Shown: positions 41,868 through 53,804 of the stretch, piece by piece | Numbering within the stretch: the stretch's first letter is position 1 | Layout of the letters: the number at the start of each line of letters is the position of its first letter | From: an uncultured Methanomicrobiales archaeon | GTDB taxonomy: Archaea; Halobacteriota; Methanomicrobia; Methanomicrobiales; Methanospirillaceae | Assembly (NCBI GenBank): GCA_963758915.1 | Contig: CAVWXH010000009.1 | Location: forward strand, 192,001-256,000 | Reading direction: 5' to 3' | Length of the DNA: 64,000 nt | The notes under the pieces: generated by a model | Databases searched by the model: none | Told to the model about the DNA's origin: nothing | Seen by the model: the letters and a program-made list of their open reading frames with translations, nothing else | Position numbers and translations under genes: made by a program

Positions 41868-42611
41868 TGGATTTTATGCAGGTAATGGAGACGATGGGTA
41901 CCAGCGGTATCCCGGTCGTCGCCGCTTTTTTTATCGGTCTTATGACCGCCTTCAGTCCTTGTACGCTCGCGACCAACATCACCGCGATTGCGTTTATATC
42001 CAAAAAAATTGACAACAATCGTCACACGCTCCTGGCCGGTTGTGTCTATACGCTCGGAAGGGTGGTCGCGTATGTCGCCGTGGCATCAGTCATTGTTTTC
42101 TTCGGGATGAACATCCAGTTTATTGCCCTGGGACTACAGCATTACGGTGAACTTCTGCTCGGGCCGTTCCTTATTGCGTGTGGGATTTACCTCCTCGATA
42201 TCATCCCTTTCAGCAGTCTGCCAGGATCATGCAGGATCGCAACCTTTTCTTCAGGGGTTACTGCAAGCCTCGCAGAGAGAGGTTATCTCGGCGCATTCCT
42301 GCTCGGTGTTATCTTTGCCATGAGTTTCTGCCCGTTCAGTGTCGTCCTCTTCTTTGCCATGCTGATCCCGCTCGCTCTTGGGTGCGGGCGACCCGGTACT
42401 CATTCCTGCGGTGTTCGCCATCGCAACCGGTTTACCAGTAATTGTGATCTCGTACTTCCTCGTGACGGGTGTAGGGAAGTGCAGTGGAATTGTTAAGAAA
42501 GTGGGGGAGATCGGGCCCTGGATCCAGAGAGCGGTCGCAGCGGTGTTTATCGTGGTCGGGTTGTACTATATTGCAATTATCCCCGGAATTGCAGGTAGTA
42601 TCTCTTTTTAG
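41867..42611 (+). CDS. ArsG/CcdA-like membrane protein (frameshift near 42380)
   Basis: GLMTAFSPCTLATNITA, YTLGR, SFCPFS; C-terminus continues in ORF 42378-42611 (FAIATGLPV) after one extra G. Confidence 0.75.
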
Positions 42612-43201
42612 TTAGCAGGAAAATGAGAAAATTCATTTTTTCCTGTTAAAAATGATTGAAACGATACCCGTAATTGGGACCACTGACACCAATTTCCGAC
42701 AGTCAGAACGCACCATTGTCCCCGATATGTGAAATCCCCGGTTCGTTCATCGCGGTCTGTTCCATCCGGTACCCTATCAGCATGAACGGACAGAGGTAAC
42801 CGTGTAAGTCCCAAACCATTGTGGAATTTCAACTTTTTCTGAAGTTCTCATGGGTAATACCCCATCTATTCTTACATTAATAATTTGCCAGGGGATGCAG
42901 TATCAAATCCGGTTTATTCTGATAACCATAAAAGGATCCCTGCTTTAATGAAAACATCTAAAAATACCCTAAATCCCCCCGAATTAACTTGAAGCCCTGT
43001 AAAATTAGGTAGTCGCGGGGGGATACTGACTATGTATCTCCTTAAATAAAAAAAATCATCTTTCACCCATTTCAGGCGGCTCCCGGTTCATACCCCGGTT
43101 TCATAGAATAAACCATCAATTGAATCGAAATACGGATTATTCGGAGTTTTTTAAACAACTATAAATACCAATGTGGTCACCCCTGATCAGGTAATCCAGT
43201 T

Positions 43202-44652
43202 ATGAGTGACAGCAGCACCCGTCAGAAAATGACCCCCAGAGAACTGATGATCGTCCTGGTAATATCCCTCGGATCGTTCATGGCCGGGCTCGATGGTACC
43301 ATCGTGAACATCGCCCTGCCAACAATCGGCAAGGCATTTGACGTCTCGACGGTGACGGTCTCCTGGGTGCTGAATGCATACCTGATTGTCCTTGTCAGCC
43401 TGCTCCTCTTTGCCTCCCGTCTCGGGGATATCAAGGGGTTTCGGAAACTATTCCTTGTGGGATTCGCAATTTTTACCCTTGGTTCTGCTATGTGCGGCCT
43501 TGCCCCGTCACTCGACATCCTCATCATCTCCCGCATGCTCCAGGCAGTAGGAGGGGCGTTTATCGCTGCTCTCGGGGCAGTGATGGTCACCACGTACCTA
43601 TCCCCGTCCCTCCGGGGACAGGCGCTTGGGATGGTGGCGATGTTCACCATGCTGGGTGCCGCTCTCGGTCCGGTACTCGGGGGTTTCCTCACCAGCGCCC
43701 TTTCCTGGCAGTTCATCTTTTTCGTGAACCTGCCGGTCGGGATCCTTGCAATTCTGCTCGGAATATATTATCCTTCCCCGAACTGACCCGGTGACCCCGA
43801 ATGCATCGATGGACCTCCCTGGAGTCATCATCATATTTCGCCGCCCTCGGTACACTGATACTCGGCCTGAACATGCTCACCAGCCCGACTCCCGTGAATG
43901 GCATTGCAGCACTGGTTGTATCTGCGATATTCTGGGGACTATTCTATATCCGCGAACGGAAGACTGCTGAACCGCTGATCAACCTGAAATTGTTCAAGAA
44001 CAGGGCCTTTACACTGCAGAACGTGAACGTCACGCTCACCCAGATTGGCCTGGCAGGGGTGATGATCCTGATGCCATTCTATCTCGAAATGGTCAAATTA
44101 GTCCCGACCGACAATGCCGGGACAATCCTCCTGGCCCTCCCGATCGGGATGATCCTTACCTCACCCATCGCCGGAAGGATCTCGGATGTGATCGGGACGA
44201 AAAAACCGATTATACTCGGTTTTATTGTAAGTGCAATCGCCTTATTCCTGCTTTCCACCCTGGGTTCCCATTCGAGTATCGGGCACGTGGAAATCTACCT
44301 CTTTCTGCTTGGTGCCGGTACCGGGTTTGCCTATGCCCCGCTGAACAGTGCCGTAATGGGTGAAGCCCCGGTGAAGGACAGGGGGTCAACATCCGGCCTG
44401 ATCAAGATGATGTCCAACCTGGGTTCATCACTGGGGGTCGCACTCGTCATGCTTGTCACCACGGTCGCAGCCGGGTCCAGGATGGCCCAGGAAGCAACCC
44501 ACCATCTGCTTCCTGCAGAAATGGCCAGCGCTTTTGATACCGGGTTCTTCTTCCTGATGTGCATCGAAATCCTTGGGATTGTTTTAATGCTCCTTGTTAA
44601 GGAGCACGATACCGGTTACAGCACTGAGGGAGAACCGGTTGCAGCGTATTGA
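43202..44652 (+). CDS. MFS DHA2 (EmrB/QacA-type) transporter (frameshifted around 43770-43835)
   Basis: LDGTIVNIALP, SRLGDIKG, GPVLGGFL, WQFIFFVNLPVG; continues in ORF 43801-44652 (EPLINLKLF). Confidence 0.85.
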
Positions 44653-44796
44653 AAATTGGAGACTGGAGGGTTCGATTTTTTTTAGGATATGGAAATTCAC
44701 AGAGGCATTTGAAAAGAGGGACATAACCCTCCAAATAGAAAACGATTGTACCATTTCAGATGCAGTTAAAAAATAGTGTACCGAATCAATACGCAA

Positions 44797-45655
44797 TTAC
44801 AATCCTTTTCTTACGTAATAGAATATTATTACTCCCCCAATCAACCCAACCACAATAACAATTTCAGCAATCATGATCCAAGGGGAGGATGAATTATTTC
44901 CAGTTTTAATCGGTTGAGTTGATACCGGATTCACCACATTTTGAGGAGTTGCGGTCTCTTTCGGTGCTTCTTGGGTCGCTTTTTGATTGACAATGTTCTG
45001 AGTCACTACGGGTGTGACTACTGAGGTTTGAACCATTTGAGTAGATGTCGTAGTTGCAATGGTAGTTGTACCGCTGCCGGTAAATGAATAGCCTGAATAA
45101 CCTCCTCCTCCACCCCCTCCTGAATAACCTCCGCTGCTGCTGGTAGAGGTTGGTATTACGGTCCCACCTCCCTGGACTAATGAGCTGGGCATCGGTCACC
45201 GTTGGAACAACTACCCCCCCACCATCTGCATTCATCCGGATTGAATTAATTGAAATACCTGTTGTGCCTTGTGATACGCCACGAACAGTAATCGTCCCAA
45301 GAAGGATTTCGTTTGCACCAGGTTGAACCATTTTTGCAATATCAACACCACTTGTTCGAACCACTCCTTCTGACAAGTACGTGGTGTTATTCAGGGATTC
45401 CCAAGTGGGATATACAACCCCTGTAATCTCTGCAACACCCGGATTTGAAAGAATGAGGTTCAGGTTATATCCTGCAATTCCATCAGGTGCTGAATCGAGT
45501 ATTAATTTAAATTCTGTAGTCGTTCCCTGTGAAATTGTTCCCTGTGATGGCTCAATCATAATTGTTGCTGCAAATGCTGTTGATACAGTAATTATGGATA
45601 CTATCATCAGAGCCAGTAATGAGGTGTGAATTCTTTTTTTCATTATCTGCACCAT
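44797..45655 (-). CDS. Secreted cohesin-like protein with Gly/Thr linker and C-terminal membrane anchor (frameshift near 45180)
   Basis: Signal; LDSAPDGIAGYNLNLILSNPGVAEITGVVYPTW...LLGTITVRG...MNADGG; tail in ORF 44797-45192 ends in a TM helix + YYVRKGL. Confidence 0.75.
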
Positions 45656-45749
45656 GTGGAGCTTGATATTCCTATGAATAAATTTGGTTATCTTTTTTAT
45701 CGTTTCTCGGGAGAATTAATCAATCGAAAAAAAATCATTTGGATATTTC

Positions 45750-48700
45750 TCATCCAAGCACTATCCAATACAGCAGGACCAGATCATCGTAGTCGATATA
45801 GCCATTGTGGTTGTAGTCGTAGGGTGCAACACCCACATCGTATTGAGCTGAAATCCAGTCCATGTTCTGGTAATAAACGACAACATCATCGTAGTCGATA
45901 TAGCCATTTCCGTTGATATCCTCAATGAGGTAATCGCCGTTTGTATCGGTTGGTAAATTCGTGTAGCCTGGGAAAGGCTTCACAAGCGGCGTTACGTTGA
46001 TATAATTCTGCTTGGTGCTTGTTGCCTGTGTGTAGGCATTGCTAACTGTTAGATTCACGGTATAATGACCGGGCCCATGATACCTAGCCACCGGGTTAAC
46101 CTGCGTTGAAGAGACGCCATTACCAAAGGTCCACTGCCACGATGAGGGCACGGGATTACCAGTCGAGAGATCTGTAAAAGAAATATCTAGTGATACATTG
46201 GTAGAGGCCATTCCAGAAGTCCTGTTTGCGTTGAAGTCAGCAATGATAGGACTATAGACATTTATCTGCCCATTCATTATTGCCGGATTAACGATACCGC
46301 CACCATCTGCATCCATCGCGAACTGAACTGAGGGTAATCGGACTTGTTCCCGGTACATCCCCACGCACTGTCACAGATGCTATTACTGTGTTTAGAGAAC
46401 CGGCCTGAACCAGATGTTGAGATCGACAGCACTGATTTTTACAGAACTAGCGGGTAAGGCACTAGTATTTGAGAGCCCCACCCATGACGGATAGGTAACG
46501 TTCACAATCTTTCCAATATTTGGATCAGTCAGGGTAATTACCAAGTCATAGCCTGCGATACCATTGGGTAAGGAATTCATTACAAGTTGGTACTGTGCAT
46601 TTCCTGCCCGATGGGGATGTTGTCCAGCCACCGGGACCAGTGACAATGTTGGGGAAGAGGGTTGTGTACTAATTGGAGTCAGGGTGATTGATGCGACCTT
46701 TTTCACAACTTTGCCCCCTGTAACATTCTGCCCGACTAACCGGAGTGGCCAGCTGTCGCCGGTCTCCGCAAGAAGGGTTCCGTTAAGTGAATTGGCAATA
46801 ATGTAATTGTTGCTGCGGATTGTGTTCCTGCTGTTAACGGTAACAGAATACCCGTCTGTGGCAGTAATAGTGACGTTATACCCTGCCTGGGCCTTTGTTT
46901 CGTTGTAGGAGTTGCTTGAATGCTGGTCGGCATCGTCAACAAATCCGCAGAGGAACCAGAGTGGCATACCAGACCAGACACGGCTGCTGCTATCGGTGTA
47001 ATTGACCTCGTGGTTTGATCCGAACTGGCATGCAAGTGCCTGTTCAAAGTAGACCTTGCCGATGGTAGAGTTGAGTCCGCCGATATCACGCCCGTCAAGC
47101 ATGAGGTTCCAGTCTGATGCAGGTGACGAATAGATCTTCACCGTTGTGACCAGTTTTGCCGAAGTCCCGGCACAGGACGGGTAGTTGACCCCATTCTGCG
47201 TGTTATAGTGCCAGTATGCCGAGGGGAGTGACTCATGCATGTCCCACTGACCGTATACGTGGTCGTCGGGCATGAAGAAGAGCCGCATCCCGTCCTGGTA
47301 ACCCGGGACATACTGACCGTCCGCATACCAGGCGAGGATTGCATCTCCCTGGCGTGCCTGGACTGCCGGGTTTGTGTATATGGAGGAATAGGGCAGGGTC
47401 GTTTCGTACCCGTCACTCGCGATGAACTTGATATCGGTTCCTGATCCCATGCCACCGACGAGGTTACACAGGTCCATAACCCTGCTTCCCTTCACGGCAT
47501 TGGAAATCTTGTATCCGCCGGGGTATGTCTCCTCAGGGTCCCAGAGGTTGGTCGGGACCAGCGTGAGCCCTTCGTATTTGTACAGGGTTGTGCCATCTCC
47601 CACAACCGCGAGGTTCTGCTCCATCCACTCCCGGGTTACGGTTGTCTCGTTGACAATGGTAACGCCATCTGCTGCATATTTAATGATATGGAGCGGTGCT
47701 GCAGTCGTCGGAGTCTGGAACTCGGTAAGTTCAATCTCCACGACATTTCCGACACTGTTTCCACCGGTCGCACCTGATCCGACAAGCCTGAGTGGCCAGG
47801 GGGGATGACTGCCGGTGGTAGGTAATGCTGCACCATTCATCACATTGGCGAGAATGTAATTGTCATTCTTGCCGATCGCAGCGCTGGTAAACTCCTTGGA
47901 GTATCCATCCCCGGCTTTTACAATTACTTTGTAACCAGCTGATGCAGCGGAATCATTGAAACCGTTTGAACCATGCGGGATCCGGTCATCAACCCATCCC
48001 ATCAGGCGCCAAAGGGGAATACCCGTATACACATTGCTGCTGTCATCTGTATAGGTTGACTGGTGGTGGGCGATCCATTCTTCCAGTTCGGGTTGTGTGA
48101 TCACATCGCTTATCCGACCCTTAAGTGTCAGGCTGTACGCTCCGGCCGGGTAGGACGGGAGTCCTTCGAGGCGGATTGTGGTAATATTGCCGACACGCTG
48201 GCCATTCGATGTGGTTGCCGGACCGACAAGTTTGAGGTGGCCGTTCGATCCTGATAATGCGCTCCCATTTAACGTGTTGGCCACGATAAAGCCGTCGTTA
48301 TGGCTCACAACCTGGCTGGTGAAGGTCCTGTTGTAAGTCGCCAGCCATCACCCTGACGGTATATCCTCCTGTGGCACGGGTATCGTTAAACGTCCAGTGA
48401 CTCGATGGTCTCAATATCATCAACACTGCCGACCAGGTCCCAGAGGGGACACCAGTCCAGACTGATCCACCGGCATCAGTATAGGTCACATTATGGTGGC
48501 AGACAATTGCCTGTTCGAAATACTGCTGCGTGATAACGTCAGTTACATCCCCTTCCATGGTCAGGGTCCAGCCTGCTGCCGGTTGTGGTAGGCCGACGAG
48601 TTCAATTTCATTGATTCCACCGACCTGCTGTCCACCGAACACGCTCGATCCCTTGAGCATCAGGGGCCAGCAGGGTTTGCCACCAGGCGTAGTTGTCGGG

Positions 48701-51113
48701 AGGGCCGTGCCATTCAGGGTATTGACTACGAGATAACCGCCATCCCGGGCAATATCTGCGCTGGCGAGGCTCGTGTCCCAGTCAGCAGCTTTTACTTTTA
48801 CCGTGTACCCCTGGGTAGCGAGTGCGTCATTGAATGTGTAGTGACCACTGCTTTCCTCGTCATCAATCATGCCAACAAGGACCCAGAGCGGAATTCCTCC
48901 CCAGACACTGCCATTCGTATCTGTCCAGGTCACGTTATGGCCAGACGGGACACAGGCGAGTGCTTCCTCGAACTGGGCCTTGGTAATAATCCTGTTTACT
49001 TTGCCCTTCATTGAGAGGGAATAGTCGGTTGAAGGTTCACCACCGGTTGAGACCGTTATCAGTGCTGCAGCGATTGCATTTTGCGGGGTGACAGGTTTCA
49101 CACCGTAATAGAAATTGACATGATCGCCATTGGCAACGGTTTTTATGTTGAGCCCATCAGTGGAGGGGAATCCGTAATCATCCAGGGTAACCCCGTTTAC
49201 CTGGCAAATCCAGGTCTTTCCTGCTGTTTTATTATAGTCGTAACTCCCGATACCATCGAGCAGGAAGTACCCTTGAGTCCCGAAGTTCTTGTCCGAAATT
49301 TTGAAGGATAATCCCGCACCATTCAGCGCCCCGAGTGGGGTGGTTGTGTTGATATCATAGGATGCACCTGAATTGTATGCCACTTTATTGAAGGTTCCTG
49401 TGCTAAGGGAGACGGTGCCGCTATAGATTGTGTCCACTACCGGTCCCGCAGATGTGACATTAATATAGTTACTTTTCAGCGTTGAATTCGAGCCTGCGGC
49501 ATTGCTTACCGAGAAGTTCACCGAATACACGCCTGCAGCGGAATACGTGTATACCGGGCTTTGGATTGTACTGTCGATAGTCCCATCGTTATTGAAGTCC
49601 CATGACCAGGTGGACGGGGACCCTGATGATGCATCAGTGAACTGGACCTGTAGTGGCGCAGCCCCCATTGTCATATTTGCGGCGAAGTCAGCGACAGGTG
49701 CGATCGGGGCTGCAGGGAGCCCAATCAGTCGGATTTCGGTGATATTTCCCACGCTGTTGCCACCAGTCGGACCGGAACCAACCAGTTTCAATGCCCACCA
49801 GATTTTTGAAGGGTTTGTCGGATCTGTAAAAGGAATTACTGTGCCGTTAAGCGTGTTTGCTACGATATAATTGTTATTGCTGGCAATGGTGGAACTTGTA
49901 AAGGTCTTGTTGAACCCATCCGCAGCCCTAACCTGGACTGAGTAACCCATAGAAGCCCGCGTGGTGTTGAAATTGTATCCGATTATCAGCGTCATCAACT
50001 GCTCCGACAAGATACCACAGCGGAATACCCTGCCAGGTGCGCTGATTAGTGCTATCTGTCCAGCTGGCACTCGGGCCACTTGTAACGATTGCTTCAATTT
50101 GTGCTTTTGTGAGAGTAACTGAATGATCGCCGGTTAACAGGAGAGAGTATTCAGGGGAGACTGGAGAATTAACAACAATATAACCGGTTTTGATCTCGCT
50201 GTCGGTCCCCTGCACATTTGTTACCGTTAGATTTACGGTGTAAGTCCCCGCGGTAGTGTACGTGTAAGCCGGGTTCTGGATCGTGCTGTCAACTGTCCCG
50301 TCATTGGTGAAGTCCCAGGCATATGATAGTGTGGATGTTCCGGTTGATGCATCGGTGAACTGGACAGTAAGAGGAACAGTTCCACTAACCGTGTCCGCAG
50401 AAAAAGCTGCCACCGGTGCGACAGGGGCGGGATCATTGCTGTAAATAAGTATCCTATTGGTGTTCTGCACCGAAAGGCCTGTTGCACTTGGTTGTCCAGG
50501 CTGGTAGTAATACCAGAATGCTTCAGGATAGGTTTCGTGCATATCCCAGAGCCCGAATACATTGAGTCCCCAGGGGTTGGTGGTAGTATCAGCAAAATTG
50601 ACATTGCGCATACCCTCGTTATATGAACTGTCCACATAACCCAGATCAGCTCTGTACCATGTCAGAACAATTGGTCCTGCACGGGCAGGTGGTGAGTAAA
50701 CGCTGGAATATGCAAAAAATTTGGAGAAACCGTCAGATCCCATGAGTGTGACATTGTAATCGCCAGAATCCATACCCCCAACGAGATCACAGAGATCCTT
50801 TACATTCGTGCCTTTGGCAGCACCAAAATCTTTTGTCAATATGGCCGGATCGTTCTCTTCCGGATTCCATTTATTGGTGATACTTGCGTTAAATACAGGT
50901 CCCTGCACATAATAATGAGTGAAACCGTCCCCATATACAGGTAGGTTAGTCTCCATCCAATGGAAGTCAACCGTTGTCTGGTTCAGGATTGTTGTCCCGT
51001 CATTTGCATATTTAATGATCTGTACTGAAGTGGTCCCCGCTGCACTCGCTTGGGCGACAAATAACGTCATTACCACAATTAAAATGATAATTGGTGTCCA
51101 TTTTCCTTTCATT
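45750..51113 (-). CDS. Giant (~1800 aa) secreted multidomain surface protein, split by several frameshifts
   Basis: ORFs 49928-51133, 48298-50097, 46392-48308 and 45750-46364 break mid-domain. Order: signal, A, PKD, B, PKD, DUF4430-like, B, B, B, A, B, cohesin, PKD, dockerin (EDINGNGYIDYDDVV...YDYNHNGYIDYDDLV). Confidence 0.75.
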
Positions 51114-51174
51114 TTTTGATAAACCCCCACCATGAGATCGTGGATTTATGGAAATTGTATCAATACGAGTGACT

Positions 51175-51219
51175 AAAAATATTGTGTTTTATTTTTTAAC
51201 TATGTTAAATTAGTTAATT
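51175..51219 (-). promoter_or_regulatory. Putative promoter/operator of the giant surface-protein gene
   Basis: AAAAATATTG plus GTTAAATTAGTTAATT, nearly identical to elements at 62480-62535. Confidence 0.4.
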
Positions 51220-51277
51220 ATACTAGAATAATTTGAAATAACAAATTACTAATAAATATAGATAAAAATCTGTTAAA

Positions 51278-52369
51278 TTGTTGAAAATACCAACAGGAGA
51301 TAGATTGAAACATAGAGTTGCTTTTATTGTGTTAATTATTTGTTTATTACTCGGTAGTGCCTTAAGCGACCGACCGGCAAACGCGACAAACGAAGTCCAG
51401 GGAATTATCACGAGCACGAACATGGAATGCCTGGGAATAACAACTGAAACAGATCTCATTTCTTGGTCCGTGGAAGCCCCGGCGCGCCCGAAAGACTATG
51501 CAACAATAAAATTCGGGATAGTCGGCCTTCCACCAAACCTCTATTCTGCAATTCGCCGGGTTTCAGATGGAACAATCGTAGCGAAAACAAGTGGTAGCGG
51601 GACAATAGCATCAACTCTTAACGGAGACCTCTACCAGTTCGGGTATACCAATGGAATCATATTCTGGCCTGTAGAAAGTGGAACTACGTTATCCGACGGA
51701 TCTGCTTACAACGCACAGTATGATCTTACCCATGGATTCGGCATCGGTAATTCGTTAATGGACCCTGAAATGGTGTATTATTCGGCAGGTTACAATGAAC
51801 AGACCGTTGCAGTGTCAGGAAAAACTACCTACATTAAGTCTATGGCGTTATCAACCGCCAATAAAAATTCTGGCGAGAGCAATATCAAGTCCACAAAAAG
51901 TATCCAGTTTGTCGGGACCAATTCAGGAAGGATAACTTCATCCGAAGACCTCCTTGTTGACGGATCAGGTACCTGGTCACGAACCGGAGACAGTAATCTC
52001 TGTCCCGTTTGGCTCGCAGGATTCGGAATTTATTCCAGCCTTTTGTAATATTGCACAGGCAGGAAGTTCTATTGATATGAATCTCGTGTCCATGACAACC
52101 GATATAGATAGCAGGTTTATAGCAGCCAATTCCGCTGATTCCAGTGGTACTTAATTATGATATCAGTGCAGGGGGTTTAACACGGTAATGGGTATTCTCC
52201 TGCAACCGGGTCAGTTTCTGCATTTATTAAGGTCCATACGCAGGAAGCGAGGGGTAATATCTCCAAAAAGTCAGAGGATCTTTCATATTCTGAAATATCT
52301 TCAGCGAACGGACTCATCAAACAATTTACCAAGAAAATGAATTATCAGTCAGGGACCAGACTGAATTAA
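51278..52369 (+). CDS. Secreted Ser/Thr-rich beta-type protein, possibly Methanomicrobiales sheath-protein-like (2-3 frameshifts)
   Basis: Signal; EVQGIITST...SGKTTYIKS...LCP|FG...PAFCNIAQAGS...; manual continuation GSVSAFIKVHTQEARG...EDLSYSEISSANGLIKQFTKKMNYQSG, TAA 52367-52369. Confidence 0.55.
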
Positions 52370-52427
52370 CATCCTTTTTTATACCCTTTTACCGTTTTAC
52401 TGTGACTGCGGTAGATCTGGATATTTT

Positions 52428-53795
52428 TCAGACAAAAATTCGGACTTGTTTTCCAAAAACCGGAGTTGGTCTCTTAATAAAATGACAAAGATTTATTTCC
52501 TGCGATGGCGGGATCTTTGTTATCAGCACCCTTTCTCCCACCATCCCTTCCGGTAACACAACAATCTGTTTATCTTTCACCTCTGCGACCGGGACAAACT
52601 CAAGCAAAACCTGTTGGGAATTCACAGTTACCCTCATGTAACCGAGTGTGTTCTCCCGGCTGTTGACGTAACCGGGGGGTTTGTCCGCGGAAAGTGCGTA
52701 GGAAGGCGCACCACCGGTCGCGACCGTGAAATAATGGACCCCGTTCACCTGGAAATGCTCATACGCATGGACATGGGCAGAAAAGACAGCATCGACCCCC
52801 CCAGCGTTGAATACTGGCCCCCATTTTTCCTGTATATCAGCATAACCACCCCAGTGATTGACCTCGGAGGTATAGAGCGGATGGTGAAGAAAAACGAAAT
52901 TCCATGTTACTTTATTGTCAAGTGTGGCATTCAGCCATGAGTCCTGTGAAGATGCCACAACCGGCGAAACAGCATTACTATTGAGGGCGGTAAAGCGGGC
53001 ATCACTGCACATGAACGAATACCATGGGAGGCATGCCAAATCGTTCCTGATATACGGATAAGATTCCCTTCATGGTTCCCGGGAACCGGGTAAAAGGTCG
53101 TATTGGCAAGCATGGGACCGGCAGCCTCAAAAAAACGCCCCCATTCACCCTCATCGGCAGGGTCATTGACGAGATCCCCGGTATGCACCACAAAAAGACA
53201 ATCCGGTTCCTTCGCAATCCGTTGCTGCAACTAATGCATGGTGGGTCGACTGGTTCCACCTGGGCAGTTGTTCCCGTGTGTCACCATAGACGATAAACGT
53301 GAACGGACCATCGAGGGACAGAGTCCGGAACGAATAATTCCCCGGGTTGTTCCCGATCCAGTACGAATAGCGCTGACCTGGCTCGAGGTTATTCAGTTGT
53401 ACATGGTGAAGTATCGATGGGTTTTCCTCTGATACACTCTGGTCGGATATTCCAGGTGTTTTGATACCTGAATGGGCAAAACCAACACGGCCGATTGAAG
53501 GTTCCAAAGTCTTCCAATGGAGGATGGTGGAATTGTGAGTAGTGTTTGTAATGTAAGGTCCCCATACTATCACTTCATCCCCTTGGGACATCCCTTCAAA
53601 GTTGCCTATCACCGGATCTGCATATGCAACAACTGGAAAAAGGATTGTAAGAAGAATCAGGGAAATTAGCATTCCCCTCCATTGGTATGCATACCAGCGC
53701 CCGTTGTAATTCATAGAGAGAGAATTGTATTTTTTACCACACTTTTGATCTGCGGGTAAATTATCCGGAACTGGAAGGTCGGTATTCATACCCAT
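52428..53795 (-). CDS. Secreted purple-acid-phosphatase-like metallophosphoesterase (frameshifts near 53222 and 53045)
   Basis: FN3-like N-domain (HHVQLNNLEPGQRYSY); GDTR, HTGDLV, GNHE, HHPLY, AHVHAYE spread over three ORFs. Confidence 0.8.
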
Positions 53796-53804
53796 CCCCT
53801 CACT

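Noticed and set aside
42608-43200. Possible gene fragment between arsG-like and the MFS gene
   Set aside because: Only short interrupted frames with no identifiable family.
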